The notes under the pieces are model-generated. The model searched no databases, was not told the origin of the DNA, and worked only from the letters and a program-made list of their open reading frames with translations. From positions 1-52,258 of the forward strand of contig CANQYO010000002.1 of the NCBI GenBank assembly GCA_947628095.1: 52,258 nucleotides of DNA, in the 5' to 3' direction. Origin of the DNA: an uncultured Bacilli bacterium. GTDB lineage: Bacteria > Bacillota_I > Bacilli_A > RF39 > UBA660. Shown here one piece after another: positions 1 to 11,648 of this stretch; the first letter of the stretch is position 1; each line of letters opens with the position of its first letter. Made by a program: the position numbers and the translations under genes.

Positions 1-99
1 TCATTTTTTATTGATTATAAAAAGCAGATATTTCTATCCACTTTTATTTCTTTCCGGAAACTTTCGGAAGAACCTAAGTCTCTTTCATTCTTAGTTTTT

Positions 100-333
100 T
101 CATAATTCTTTACGGTCAATATTTTTTATAGTAAGTTCTTCATTACCTTTATCAACAAATCTAATCTCAAAACCACATTTTTCTGCGATTAAATTAAGAG
201 TTTTAAAACTAGGTTCACGATAACCTGTTTCATAACCACTTAAAGTTGTATTAGAAATATTACATTCATTGGCTAACTCAGTTTGAGTTTTATTTGCTAT
301 TTTCCTCATAGTTTTTATAAATTTACCAATCAT
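100..333 (-). CDS. XRE/Cro-C1-type helix-turn-helix transcriptional regulator (77 aa)
   Basis: The N-terminal 'KTQTELANECNISNTTLSGYETG' fits the HTH_3 pattern. The gene is divergent from the large surface-protein gene at 462. Confidence 0.8.
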   Translation of the reverse strand: MIGKFIKTMRKIANKTQTELANECNISNTTLSGYETGYREPSFKTLNLIAEKCGFEIRFVDKGNEELTIKNIDRKEL

Positions 334-461
334 ATAACATCATTTTAAGTATTGCATAAAAGATTATGTTTTTCTTAAATTTTCGCGATATGCGTAATTT
401 CAAAAAATAAAATTTTAGCTATGATATTATGAATTTATAGAATAATGAAAGGATAAATATA

Positions 462-3050
462 ATGAATAATATAGGCAAAAGAAAAATAGGGATAATAATA
501 ACAATAGTAGTAATGTTATTAACAGTCTTTGGAGTAACATATGCATTTGTGAATTTTACTTTAAATGGTAATGAAAATTCTGTTCTTGTAACAGGAGATA
601 TCTACATGAACTATACCGAAACTAACCAAATAAATTTAACAGATGCAGTTCCAATGGATAAAGATGCAGCATTGAAATTAAGTGACAATGTATTTAATTT
701 TACAATAACAGGTAAAAACCAAAGTTCAAAAGACATCTATTATGGAATAAGTATAGTATATGGAGAAGAACAAAAAAGTAAAACCAGACTAAAAGACGAG
801 GACATAGATGTCTATCTAACAAGTGGAGAAGATGTGTTAGTAAATGCCAATAGATACAAGACTTTAAATGATACAAGAATATGGGCAGAGAAAATAGGTG
901 CTAATACAGAAAACTATACAAAAGAATATTCATTAAGATTATGGGTAGACGAGAGTGTAATAATATCAGATACAGATGCAAATAAAGATTATACCCAAGA
1001 TGTATGGAACAATAGTTATGCTAGTTTTAAAGTCAAAGTAGATGGAAACTTAAATGAAATGAATGTACCACTTGAAGTAGATTATCAAAATTCTTATTAT
1101 GAAAATGGTAAAACTTATTTCATGATAAGTATAAGTAATTACTTAAACCCAAGTGAAAAAGGAATAAGACTTACAAGTTCTGATATTATGAAGCTTGATA
1201 TAACAACAAGTAACAAAGATGTAGTTTTCACATATCAAGACGATGCAGGAAATAAAAGTGAAGATGGTCAAAATTTATCAAGTATCAGTCAAACTTACTC
1301 ATTTGAAGAAAATAAAAAAGTAAAGATGCAAGTATTTGTAAGTTCTAAAAATGATATTGACTTAAAAGCTGATATAAATATAAAATTAAGTAAAAATGAT
1401 ACAGAAACTTATGAGATATTAAAATACATGCATATAAAAGGAGCAAAAGATTATTGTAAAAATAATGGTTTCTCTAATTTTGCAGATTGTTTACTAGTTT
1501 CAGAACAATTAAGTAATACAGTAGAAGAAGCTAAAGAAGAAATAACTAAAAAAGGAAATGCTGATACTAGTAAAACAGCACCTGAAATAACATATGTAGC
1601 AACAGCTGAAACACCTGGAGCAACAGTTCCTCAAAATACTGCTTATGTTTTTGCTTATGCTGATAGTGCAACTTTTAATACGAATAATGGAACATTTACA
1701 TTAACTGGAAATTTAAAAGAAAATCAAAGTTTAAGTGATGCCATGAATGGAAAGTGGACTTGTGGTGCAACTAATAATAATGTAACAAATTGTCCTACCA
1801 TTTATCATATAACATCAATGGAAGGAAATACAATAAAGAGTGCAAGTAGTAGAACATATCAAATTACAAATGCCATAGAAAGTGAAGTTGGGTTATATGA
1901 AACAGAAGATAATGATGGTGACAGTTTTTATTATCGAGGAGATGTAAAAAATAACAATGTTAAATTTGCAGGTTTTTATTGGAAAATAATAAGAATAAAT
2001 GGAGATGGTTCTATTAGATTAATTTATAATGGAACAAAAGAAAATTCTAATGGTTATGATGCTTCATCTGTAACAGGAGCAGGAGTAGCATATAATGAAA
2101 GATATGCAGACCCAGTCTATGTTGGTTATATGTATGGAGATAGTTTTAGTGAAACTCCAGTTAAAAGTAAAATAACAGCAGATTACGGAGATATGCAAGC
2201 AAATACAAAATATTATTTTGGAACAGGCTATATACCTGATGCTAGTACTAAAACATTTAAGTTAAGTGGTGCTGATTATCAAGGTACATTTACCGAATGG
2301 AATAGTAATAATAAATTAAGTGAAGGTTATAAATATACTTGTAAGCAAACAACAGCAGATGGAACATGTCAATTTTTAATGGAAATAATAAAATTTAATA
2401 ATGCAACTTCAGTTACAACGTATTTTTGGACATATGGTTCAACAAGTTATGCAAATGCAAGACTTGATACAGTAAGTAGTAATGCAAAAAAACAGTTAGA
2501 AAATTGGTATATAACAAAATTTTCAGAAACAAATGAAGCTGGAAAAAAGGCATACGAATATGTAGAAACAAACGCCACATTTTGTAATGATAGAAGCTTC
2601 TCAAGTGGAGATGGTTATACAACAACTCCTACAACCTATTATGGAGCATATGATAGAAATGTAAATAAAAAAGCAGCAAGCTTAGTTTGCCCAACAGATG
2701 CTGACTTGTTTAGTGCAAGTGGAGCTAAAAATGGTAATAAAAAACTTGCTCAGCCAATTGGTTTAATAACAGCCGACGAAGTAGCATTAGCAGGAGGTTT
2801 ATATAACACCAAAAATGAAAGGTATTTTCTATATACAGGACAAATTTTTTGGACAATGTCACCTTTCGATTTCTATACTTGGCGTGCTCATGCCAGTGTG
2901 TTTGATATTCGTGAAGCTGGTGAATTTCATACTGGACATGTTCCTTGGACCGCTCCAGGCTTACGTGCAGTTATAAATCTAAAAAAAGAAGTATTATTAA
3001 ATGATGGAAATGGTACAATGGACGACCCATATACTGTTAAACTTGCTTAG
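462..3050 (+). CDS. Large secreted or membrane-anchored surface protein of unknown function, with a TasA/SipW-signal-like N-terminus
   Basis: 862-aa ORF with a basic N-terminus and one hydrophobic helix, followed by 'TYAFVNF...TGDIYMNY'. The first ~195 aa are paralogous to ORF 51537..52106. The C-terminal half has 'FYYRGDVKNNNVKFAGFYWKIIRINGDGSIRLIY' and 'GLRAVINLK' motifs that I cannot name. Confidence 0.6.
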   Translation: MNNIGKRKIGIIITIVVMLLTVFGVTYAFVNFTLNGNENSVLVTGDIYMNYTETNQINLTDAVPMDKDAALKLSDNVFNFTITGKNQSSKDIYYGISIVYGEEQKSKTRLKDEDIDVYLTSGEDVLVNANRYKTLNDTRIWAEKIGANTENYTKEYSLRLWVDESVIISDTDANKDYTQDVWNNSYASFKVKVDGNLNEMNVPLEVDYQNSYYENGKTYFMISISNYLNPSEKGIRLTSSDIMKLDITTSNKDVVFTYQDDAGNKSEDGQNLSSISQTYSFEENKKVKMQVFVSSKNDIDLKADINIKLSKNDTETYEILKYMHIKGAKDYCKNNGFSNFADCLLVSEQLSNTVEEAKEEITKKGNADTSKTAPEITYVATAETPGATVPQNTAYVFAYADSATFNTNNGTFTLTGNLKENQSLSDAMNGKWTCGATNNNVTNCPTIYHITSMEGNTIKSASSRTYQITNAIESEVGLYETEDNDGDSFYYRGDVKNNNVKFAGFYWKIIRINGDGSIRLIYNGTKENSNGYDASSVTGAGVAYNERYADPVYVGYMYGDSFSETPVKSKITADYGDMQANTKYYFGTGYIPDASTKTFKLSGADYQGTFTEWNSNNKLSEGYKYTCKQTTADGTCQFLMEIIKFNNATSVTTYFWTYGSTSYANARLDTVSSNAKKQLENWYITKFSETNEAGKKAYEYVETNATFCNDRSFSSGDGYTTTPTTYYGAYDRNVNKKAASLVCPTDADLFSASGAKNGNKKLAQPIGLITADEVALAGGLYNTKNERYFLYTGQIFWTMSPFDFYTWRAHASVFDIREAGEFHTGHVPWTAPGLRAVINLKKEVLLNDGNGTMDDPYTVKLA

Positions 3051-3101
3051 GTAATGAATGAGAATAATAAGAATGAAAAAAAATAAAAGAAAATAGAGTT
3101 A

Positions 3102-3130
3102 ATACATGGAACATTTTTCATGTATTTTTC
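3102..3130 (+). terminator. Rho-independent terminator after the 862-aa gene
   Basis: Stem ATACATG/CATGTAT followed by a T-run. Confidence 0.6.
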
Positions 3131-3185
3131 TATGTAAATCTATAAAAAATTGCTTTTAAATTTATTTTAACCTTAACATATAATA

Positions 3186-3194
3186 TGATATAAT
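3186..3194 (+). promoter_or_regulatory. Extended -10 promoter element TGaTATAAT upstream of murG
   Basis: Exact TGnTATAAT about 17 nt before the murG start. Confidence 0.45.
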
Positions 3195-3210
3195 GAATTT
3201 AGGTGATAAA

Positions 3211-4305
3211 ATGCGAGTTATTATAAGTGCTGGAGGAACAGGAGGTCATATTTATCCTGCTCTTAGTATCATTAATAAAATAAAAGAAGAAAGTCCTAAA
3301 AGTGAATTTTTATATATCGGAACAACAAATCGTATGGAGCATACAATAATACCAGAGAAAAATATTCCATATCTTGGAATAGAAATGATTGGATTGAGTA
3401 AAAATCCTATTAAATGCATAAAAAGTATTAGACTTCTTTTTAAAGCTAATTCAATAGTTCGAAAAGAAATAAAAAAGTTTAATCCTGATATTGTGATTGG
3501 AGCCGGTGGTTATGTTACATTTCCCGTTATATATATAGCTAAAAAATTAGGTTATAAAACATTCATTCATGAACAAAATTCAATTCCTGGAAAATCTAAT
3601 CGAATTTTAGCAAAATATGCAGATAAAATTGCTGTTAGTTTACCTGGAAGTTTAGAATATTTTCCTAAAGATAAAGCAGTTTTAACTGGAAACCCTAGAA
3701 GTAGTGAAGTTCTTGAAGCTAAAGAGATTAATAAACAAGAATTAGGATTTAATGAAAATAAAAAGTTAGTTTTAATAGTCATGGGGTCTCTTGGTTCAAT
3801 GACAATAAATAATGAGTTAAAAAAAATATGTACAGAATTTGAAAAAAGGCCATATGAAGTTTTAATTGTAACTGGTGATAATTATTATAATGAATTTAAA
3901 GATTTAAAATTATCTAACGTTAAATTTGTTCCTTTTTTAAATAATATGTTGAATGTTTTAAAAATATGTGATTTAATAGTAACTCGAGCCGGAGCTTCAA
4001 CGATAGCTGAAGTCACGACAATTGGTTTACCTTGTATTTTGGTACCTAGTCCTTATGTTGCTAATAACCATCAATATTATAATGCATTAGAACTTGTTAA
4101 TAATAAAGCAGGACTGTTATTAGAAGAAAAAGATTTTAATTACCAAAACTTACTTGAAAAAATAGATATTGTATTTAATAACGAAAAGTTGTATAATGAA
4201 ATGCATATTAATTCTTTGAAATTAGGTAATCCAAATAGCAATGATAATATTTATCAGTTGATTTTGGAATTGGTAGGTCGAGAATATGGAAAAAATAATA
4301 AATGA
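3211..4305 (+). CDS. murG: UDP-N-acetylglucosamine--N-acetylmuramyl-(pentapeptide) pyrophosphoryl-undecaprenol GlcNAc transferase
   Basis: 'MRVIISAGGTGGHIYPAL' G-loop and a GT28 C-terminal 'TRAGASTIAE'. I chose the ATG at 3211 behind AGGTGA rather than the ORF-track start at 3193. Confidence 0.9.
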   Translation: MRVIISAGGTGGHIYPALSIINKIKEESPKSEFLYIGTTNRMEHTIIPEKNIPYLGIEMIGLSKNPIKCIKSIRLLFKANSIVRKEIKKFNPDIVIGAGGYVTFPVIYIAKKLGYKTFIHEQNSIPGKSNRILAKYADKIAVSLPGSLEYFPKDKAVLTGNPRSSEVLEAKEINKQELGFNENKKLVLIVMGSLGSMTINNELKKICTEFEKRPYEVLIVTGDNYYNEFKDLKLSNVKFVPFLNNMLNVLKICDLIVTRAGASTIAEVTTIGLPCILVPSPYVANNHQYYNALELVNNKAGLLLEEKDFNYQNLLEKIDIVFNNEKLYNEMHINSLKLGNPNSNDNIYQLILELVGREYGKNNK

Positions 4306-5194
4306 AATAATGTCTAAAAAGATAGGAGATATTATTGTTGATGCTAAGTTATCTAAATTTACAACTTATAAAGTAGGGGGAACTGCTAAGCTTTTAGTTT
4401 ATCCTAAAAATGTTGATAAGTTAGTAGAATTGATGGAAATAATTTTAAGAGAAGATATAAAATACTTTATTTTAGGAAATGGAAGTAATGTTTTATTCAG
4501 CGATAAAGTTTATGATGGAATTATTATTAAATTAGATAACTTTGACGATATAGAAATAACAGATAATATGGTTAGAGTTGGAGCAGGATATAATTTAATT
4601 AAACTTGCTAATGAAGTTGCTAAACTTGGTCTTTCAGGACTTGAATTTGCATCAGGTATTCCTGGAACAGTAGGTGGAGCAGTTTTTATGAATGCTGGGG
4701 CTTACCAAAGTGAAATGAAAAGTGTTATTAACAGTGTATATGTTTTAACACCAGATTTAAAAGTAATAACTTTAACTAATGAAGAAATGAAGTTTAAATA
4801 TCGTGAAAGTTTTATTCAAAATCATAAAGGTTATATATGTTTAGGGGTAATTCTTAAATTAGGATATGGTAAAAAAGAAGAATTACAAGAAATAATTCGT
4901 GATAGAAAGCTTCAAAGAAAGAGAACTCAACCTCTTGAATACCCTACAGCTGGTAGTGTTTTTAGAAACCCTCGTGGTATGTTTGCAGGAAGTTTAATCG
5001 AAAATTTAAATTTAAAAGGTTATAAAATAGGTGGAGCTAAAATAAGTGAAAAGCATGCTAATTTTATAATTAATACAGGAACAGCAACGGCTAAAGATAT
5101 CAAAGATATAATAGATGTTATAAAAAAGAAAGTTAAAAAAGAATATGGAATAGCTTTAAGAGTTGAACAAAGATTAGTAAATTGGGACGATTAA
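4286..5194 (+). CDS. murB: UDP-N-acetylenolpyruvoylglucosamine reductase
   Basis: FAD-binding motifs 'YKVGGTAKLLV' and 'LGNGSNVLF', plus C-terminal 'AGSVFRNP' and 'SEKHANFIIN'. It overlaps the murG end by 20 nt. Confidence 0.9.
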   Translation: MEKIINEIMSKKIGDIIVDAKLSKFTTYKVGGTAKLLVYPKNVDKLVELMEIILREDIKYFILGNGSNVLFSDKVYDGIIIKLDNFDDIEITDNMVRVGAGYNLIKLANEVAKLGLSGLEFASGIPGTVGGAVFMNAGAYQSEMKSVINSVYVLTPDLKVITLTNEEMKFKYRESFIQNHKGYICLGVILKLGYGKKEELQEIIRDRKLQRKRTQPLEYPTAGSVFRNPRGMFAGSLIENLNLKGYKIGGAKISEKHANFIINTGTATAKDIKDIIDVIKKKVKKEYGIALRVEQRLVNWDD

Positions 5195-5195
5195 T

Positions 5196-5858
5196 ATGAA
5201 AAGTAAAAAGAGTAAAAAGCTTGGTAAAATTTTAATTATATTATTAATAATAGGTCTTTTGGCTTGTTATCTTTTTACTATACATATTAAAAATATTTAT
5301 ATAAAGGGTAATAATTTATTATCAGACCAAGAAATAATTGAACTTGCTGGAATTGAAGATTATCCTAGACTATTTGCAATTTCAAGTTCCAATATTGTTT
5401 CTAAAATAAAAGTTAGTCCTTATGTTGAAAGTGTTAAAATTACTAAAAATCTTTTGGGAAGAATTGATATAAATATAAAAGAATATAATATATTATTAAA
5501 GAATGAAATAGATAACACAATTTATTTATCGAGTTTAGAACAACTTTCAAATGAAAGTAATGTTGTAGGAATTCCAACTTTGATTAATGATGTTCCTGAA
5601 GATATTTTGAAGGCATTTTTAAAGAAATTAAATACTATTGATAAAGATGTTATTAGTAAAATTTCTGAAATTGAATATTCACCTAATAATTATGATAAGG
5701 ATTTATTTCTATTTTATATGAATGATGGTAATTATGTTTATATAACAACAACAAGACTTAATAATATTTCAAAATATGATGAAGTTTTAGCATCTTTAGA
5801 TGGAAAAAAAGGCATATTATATTTAGATAGTGGTAATCATTTTCAAGTTTTAAATTAA
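5196..5858 (+). CDS. divIB: Cell division protein DivIB/FtsQ (POTRA domain)
   Basis: N-terminal TM helix, then the POTRA-like 'IKNIYIKGNNLLSDQEIIELAGI'. It lies after murG-murB, as in dcw clusters. Confidence 0.7.
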   Translation: MKSKKSKKLGKILIILLIIGLLACYLFTIHIKNIYIKGNNLLSDQEIIELAGIEDYPRLFAISSSNIVSKIKVSPYVESVKITKNLLGRIDINIKEYNILLKNEIDNTIYLSSLEQLSNESNVVGIPTLINDVPEDILKAFLKKLNTIDKDVISKISEIEYSPNNYDKDLFLFYMNDGNYVYITTTRLNNISKYDEVLASLDGKKGILYLDSGNHFQVLN

Positions 5859-5890
5859 TAAATTTAAGTTTTAATTAGAAAGTATTTAAG

Positions 5891-5917
5891 GAAAGTTAAA
5901 CGACTTTTCTTTTTTTA
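5891..5917 (+). terminator. Rho-independent terminator after divIB
   Basis: GGAAAGT-TAAACG-ACTTTTC stem-loop followed by T7. Confidence 0.6.
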
Positions 5918-5926
5918 TGATATAAT
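5918..5926 (+). promoter_or_regulatory. Extended -10 TGaTATAAT upstream of scpA
   Basis: Exact TGnTATAAT only 4 nt before the ATG at 5931, so the true scpA start may be the ATG at 5943 or the mRNA may be leaderless. Confidence 0.4.
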
Positions 5927-5930
5927 TATA

Positions 5931-6647
5931 ATGGTGTTAGATATGTATGATATTAGTTTAGATAATTTTCAAGGACCAATGGATTTACTTTTACATTTAA
6001 TTAAAATTAAAAAAATGAATATTCTTGATATTAAATTAGAAGTTATAATTGATGAGTATTTAAATTATATAAAAAAATTAGAAGATATGAACTTAAATAT
6101 TGCAAGTAGTTATTTAGTCATGGCTTCTGAATTAATAGAAATAAAATCACGAATGCTTTTACCGACTAAAGAAGAAGAGGGAGAGGAAGAAGATTTAAAA
6201 GAAAATTTAGTTAATCGATTAATTGAATATGAAAAATATAAAAATATGGTACCAGAATTTCGAAGATTAGAAGACGAAAGAAGTAATTTTTTAACAAAAA
6301 GTCCTTCAAGTATCTTAGAATTTAAAGAAGATACTAATTATAAAAGTGATTTAACTATGGAAGATTTAATCAGTGCTTATAAGAAGTTTTTAGAAAGAAT
6401 AGAAGAAGAAAAACCAATTAATACTAAGATTACTAAAAAGGAAATATCAGTTCATGACCAAATAACAAAGATTAGAGAGAAATTTAAATTTCAAAAGCGA
6501 ATTAATTTTCTTGATTTATTTGAAAGTTTTAAAAAAGATTATGTAATAGCTAATTTTTTAGCTATTCTTGAAATGTCTAGTAAAAGAGAAATTAAAATTA
6601 TTCAAGATAAAAATTTTGATAATATTATATGTGAGGTAATAGAATGA
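5931..6647 (+). CDS. scpA: Segregation and condensation protein A
   Basis: 'LDNFQGPMDLLLHLIKIKKMNILDI' is the kleisin ScpA N-terminus, and scpB follows with a 4-nt overlap. Confidence 0.85.
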   Translation: MVLDMYDISLDNFQGPMDLLLHLIKIKKMNILDIKLEVIIDEYLNYIKKLEDMNLNIASSYLVMASELIEIKSRMLLPTKEEEGEEEDLKENLVNRLIEYEKYKNMVPEFRRLEDERSNFLTKSPSSILEFKEDTNYKSDLTMEDLISAYKKFLERIEEEKPINTKITKKEISVHDQITKIREKFKFQKRINFLDLFESFKKDYVIANFLAILEMSSKREIKIIQDKNFDNIICEVIE

Positions 6648-7210
6648 ATTTAAAAGGTGTTTTAGAGGGAATTTTATTTGTTGTAGGTGATGATGGGGCT
6701 ACAATTGAAGAACTTACAGATATTTTAGAAATAAGTGAGGAAGAATTAAAGAATTTAATTTTAGATTTAAAAAAAGATTATGAAAGTCTTGATAGAGGAA
6801 TAAGAATTAGTATTTTAGGTGATGCTTTTAAATTAACAACTAAAAGTGAGCATAAAAAATATTATGAAAAGTTATTACAAAATGAGGAAAATAATACATT
6901 GTCGAATTCTGCAATTGAGACGTTAGCTATAATTGCTTATAATGAACCAATTACAAGAGTTGAAGTTGACGAGATAAGAGGTGTTTCAAGTGGTTTTTTA
7001 ATTCGAAAGTTAGTTGCTAAAGGACTTATTAAAGAAGTTGGTAAGAGTGATTTACCAGGACGTCCTATTTTATATAAAACAACTAGTGATTTTTTAGATT
7101 ATTTTAATATGAAATCACTTGAAGATTTACCAAAGATTGAAGAAATTAAAGAAGTAATTGACGATATTGATTTATATGATTCTAAATATCAAGAAGAAGA
7201 GATAATATAA
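6644..7210 (+). CDS. scpB: Segregation and condensation protein B
   Basis: 'LEGILFVVGDDG', 'ETLAIIAYNEPITR' and 'GRPILYKTT' motifs. Confidence 0.85.
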   Translation: MNLKGVLEGILFVVGDDGATIEELTDILEISEEELKNLILDLKKDYESLDRGIRISILGDAFKLTTKSEHKKYYEKLLQNEENNTLSNSAIETLAIIAYNEPITRVEVDEIRGVSSGFLIRKLVAKGLIKEVGKSDLPGRPILYKTTSDFLDYFNMKSLEDLPKIEEIKEVIDDIDLYDSKYQEEEII

Positions 7211-7212
7211 TT

Positions 7213-7234
7213 TTATCCACAATTTTGTTGATAA
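7213..7234. terminator. Palindromic hairpin TTATCCACAAttTTGTTGATAA, member of a repeated terminator family
   Basis: 10-bp inverted repeat directly after the scpB stop. Close copies lie at 7255, 9285 and 15898. Confidence 0.5.
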
Positions 7235-7254
7235 AATATTTATATTTTTAAAAA

Positions 7255-7274
7255 TATTCACAAAATTGTTAATA
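7255..7274. repeat. Second copy of the TTAACAA..TTGTTAA palindrome family
   Basis: TATTCACAAaaTTGTTAATA, an inverted repeat with one mismatch. Confidence 0.4.
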
Positions 7275-7391
7275 ATTTTAAATAACGACATTTAAGTTAG
7301 CAATTTTGATTAAAAAAAAGTGCGTTTGAAATTCTAAAATTTTTAGTAAGCTTTTTAATTGTCAATTTAATTGTATATAATTTAAAAATAA

Positions 7392-9284
<1,893 letters not shown>

Positions 9285-9285
<1 letters not shown>

Positions 9286-9315
9286 TTATTAACAATTTTG
9301 TTGATAACTTTTTTT
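9285..9315 (+). terminator. Terminator hairpin GTTATTAACAAttTTGTTGATAAC plus a T-run
   Basis: Inverted repeat followed by T8. It covers the stop codons of both convergent genes. Confidence 0.65.
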
Positions 9316-10605
9316 AAATACTTTTTTTATGTGCATAATATGTCTAAAAGTTATTACAAATATATTAATCCCCATGCTAATTAATAAAGAATAAAGACCA
9401 ATTCCTTTTATAAAACTTAGTATGAATAAACTAACAGTTTTAAAAATAATTCCTATAAAATTATCATACATAACTTCTTTAGATTTTCCAATAGCTTGAA
9501 GAAAGGCTGCTAGAGGGGCTTCAATATAAAAGAGTATAAAAATAAAAGCGGTTTTTCTTATATAGAGACTACCATGAATAGTTTTATAAAGAAAATTTAA
9601 AAATATTTTAGGAAATATAATTATAAAAATAGTAGATGGAATGCCTATTAATAAAGAGAAAAATAAAGCTTCATATAATTTTTTCTTTATATATTTATAG
9701 TTACCTTTAGTATATTCTTTAGAAACAACTGGTAAAAGAGCACTGCTAATAGCATTCGTGAAGAAACCGGGTAAAAGAAGAATTGGCATGACAAAGCCAT
9801 TTATGACTCCATATTCTTGGACAATATAATTAGTTGAATAACCATTTAAAGATAAAACATATGTTAAGATTATCGGCTCAAAGAAATAAGAAATTGTGCC
9901 AATTATTCTCGTTGCTGTTGTTGGAAGAGCTACTTCTAAAACATTTTTAGAACTTTTTAAATTTGGTTTTAAGTCGTGTTTTGTAATTTTAAATTTTTTA
10001 GGTAAAAAGAAAATTAAAACTAAACTTGAGATAAGTTCTGATAAAACGTTTATTAAAATTAAAGAAGTAGTTGTAAAAATTAGTCCAAATTGTTTAAGTT
10101 TAGGAAGAATTAAAATCATGAATAAAAGTCTTACGATTTGTTCTGAAATATTACTAATAACGTGGGGTAACATTTTTTCTTTTCCAAAAAAGAAACCTCT
10201 TAAAATACTTGATAAACTATCAAATGGTAAAACTAAACTAATAGCTAAAATTGGTAAATAAGCATTTGGTTCTTTTAGTAAATTAAAAGCAATAAAATGA
10301 CTAGTAAATATTAGAAAAATAGTTAATATAATATTAATAAAGATTGAAATAGGAAGAATTCCAAAAAGAATTTTTTTACTTGGAATTTTTGATTCACTTA
10401 CAACTTTAGAAATACCAGTTGAAAAACCTAATTGACTTATAGCCATCATTAAAGAAAAAGTTGGCATTATTAACATATATAAACTAATAACTTCAAGGCT
10501 TGAATTTCTAGTCATAAGAACTCTAATTAAAATGCCTAATAATTTTGTTAATAAACCACCTATCATTAAAATAATTGTGCTTTTAATAAATGTTTCTTTT
10601 TTCAT
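9289..10605 (-). CDS. MOP-superfamily polysaccharide/lipid II flippase (SpoVB/MurJ-like)
   Basis: 438-aa polytopic membrane protein whose N-terminus 'FIKSTIILMIGGLLTKLLGILIRVLMTR' is typical of SpoVB/MurJ-type flippases. Confidence 0.7.
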   Translation of the reverse strand: MKKETFIKSTIILMIGGLLTKLLGILIRVLMTRNSSLEVISLYMLIMPTFSLMMAISQLGFSTGISKVVSESKIPSKKILFGILPISIFINIILTIFLIFTSHFIAFNLLKEPNAYLPILAISLVLPFDSLSSILRGFFFGKEKMLPHVISNISEQIVRLLFMILILPKLKQFGLIFTTTSLILINVLSELISSLVLIFFLPKKFKITKHDLKPNLKSSKNVLEVALPTTATRIIGTISYFFEPIILTYVLSLNGYSTNYIVQEYGVINGFVMPILLLPGFFTNAISSALLPVVSKEYTKGNYKYIKKKLYEALFFSLLIGIPSTIFIIIFPKIFLNFLYKTIHGSLYIRKTAFIFILFYIEAPLAAFLQAIGKSKEVMYDNFIGIIFKTVSLFILSFIKGIGLYSLLISMGINIFVITFRHIMHIKKVFKKSYQQNC

Positions 10606-10663
10606 ACTAAACTATATGTTTTTTAAAATATTTTAGAAAAAGAATATATTTTAAATTTTTTTA

Positions 10664-10672
10664 TGATATACT
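10664..10672 (+). promoter_or_regulatory. Extended -10 TGaTATACT upstream of uppP
   Basis: TGnTATACT 22 nt upstream of the uppP ATG. Confidence 0.4.
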
Positions 10673-10694
10673 TAATATAAAGGAGTGTATAAAA

Positions 10695-11510
10695 ATGAAA
10701 TTAATAGAAGTATTTATATTGGGAGTTGTTCAAGGAATTGCGGAGTTTTTACCAATTTCATCAAGTGCTCATTTGATTATTTTTAGAGATATTTTTGGTG
10801 TGGGCTCATTTTTAACAGGTGAGTTTGAAATGAGTTTTGATATAGCTCTTCATTTTGGAACTTTGTTAGCAATTTTAGTTTTTTTCTTTAAAGATTTTTT
10901 ACGTATGTTTAAAGATGGTTTTACTAAAGGAGTAAAAACTACTGATGGAAAAATTCTTTGGTATGTAGCAGCAGCAACAATTCCAGCTGCTATTGTTGGA
11001 GTTTTGTTTGAAGATATAGTTGATGAGTATTTCAGGAGTAATTATGTATTAATTTGTCTTGCTTTAGCACTTATGGGAATTATTATTTATTTGTGTGATA
11101 AGAAAAGTAAACAAACTAAAACTTTTAAAGATATGACATTAAAGGATGCTATTATTATAGGATGTAGTCAAGTATGTGCTTTAATTCCAGGTTTTTCAAG
11201 AAGTGGGACTACAATTGCAGCTAGTCGTGTTTTAAAATTAAAAAGAGAGGATGCGGCTAAGTTTTCATTTTATCTATCAGCTCCTGTAGTGGCTGGGGCA
11301 GTTTTAATTAAAGTTTTAAAAGGAGATATGATATCACTTATTACATTTAATCCAGTAGCTTTTGTTGTTGGTGTTATTGTATCATTTGTATCAGGACTTT
11401 TATGTATCAAATTTTTACTTCAATATATTAAAAAACATGATTATGATATTTTTATGTGGTATCGTTTAGGAATAGCTTTGATAGCTTTAATAGTATTGTT
11501 ATTTAAATAA
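10695..11510 (+). CDS. uppP: Undecaprenyl-diphosphate phosphatase
   Basis: 'GVVQGIAEFLPISSSAHL' and 'PGFSRSGTTI' motifs. Confidence 0.9.
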   Translation: MKLIEVFILGVVQGIAEFLPISSSAHLIIFRDIFGVGSFLTGEFEMSFDIALHFGTLLAILVFFFKDFLRMFKDGFTKGVKTTDGKILWYVAAATIPAAIVGVLFEDIVDEYFRSNYVLICLALALMGIIIYLCDKKSKQTKTFKDMTLKDAIIIGCSQVCALIPGFSRSGTTIAASRVLKLKREDAAKFSFYLSAPVVAGAVLIKVLKGDMISLITFNPVAFVVGVIVSFVSGLLCIKFLLQYIKKHDYDIFMWYRLGIALIALIVLLFK

Positions 11511-11648
11511 AAATACTAATAGTTGTATTAAAAAATTTTTTCGAATAACAAAAACTAGAAAAAAAATTTAATTATAAATTTAAAAAACATTGATTTTCTT
11601 TTCTTTTTTTGTTATCATTTAAATATAGTAAGTAGAATAGATTGGGAG

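Noticed and set aside
1-99. Small hairpin TTCCG-GAAACTTT-CGGAA and a possible truncated minus-strand ORF end at the window edge.
   Set aside because: The hairpin is short and is not followed by a T-run in either orientation. The edge ORF cannot be evaluated from a few codons.
2413-2625. 70-aa minus-strand ORF inside the 862-aa gene. The same applies to the similar internal or antisense ORFs at 3567..3782, 7420..7626, 14028..14213, 17305..17490, 20137..20388, 21706..21909, 25026..25253, 36027..36281, 39882..40067, 41253..41453, 41281..41496, 48723..48956 and 51252..51491.
   Set aside because: All lie wholly inside longer ORFs with clear family motifs. Their products are low-complexity Leu/Ile/Phe/Lys-rich and they have no RBS. 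Such shadow ORFs are typical of an AT-rich genome.
9896-10261. 121-aa plus-strand ORF antisense to the flippase gene.
   Set aside because: It is embedded in a 438-aa polytopic membrane-protein gene with a typical SpoVB/MurJ N-terminus. It has no RBS and no recognisable motif.
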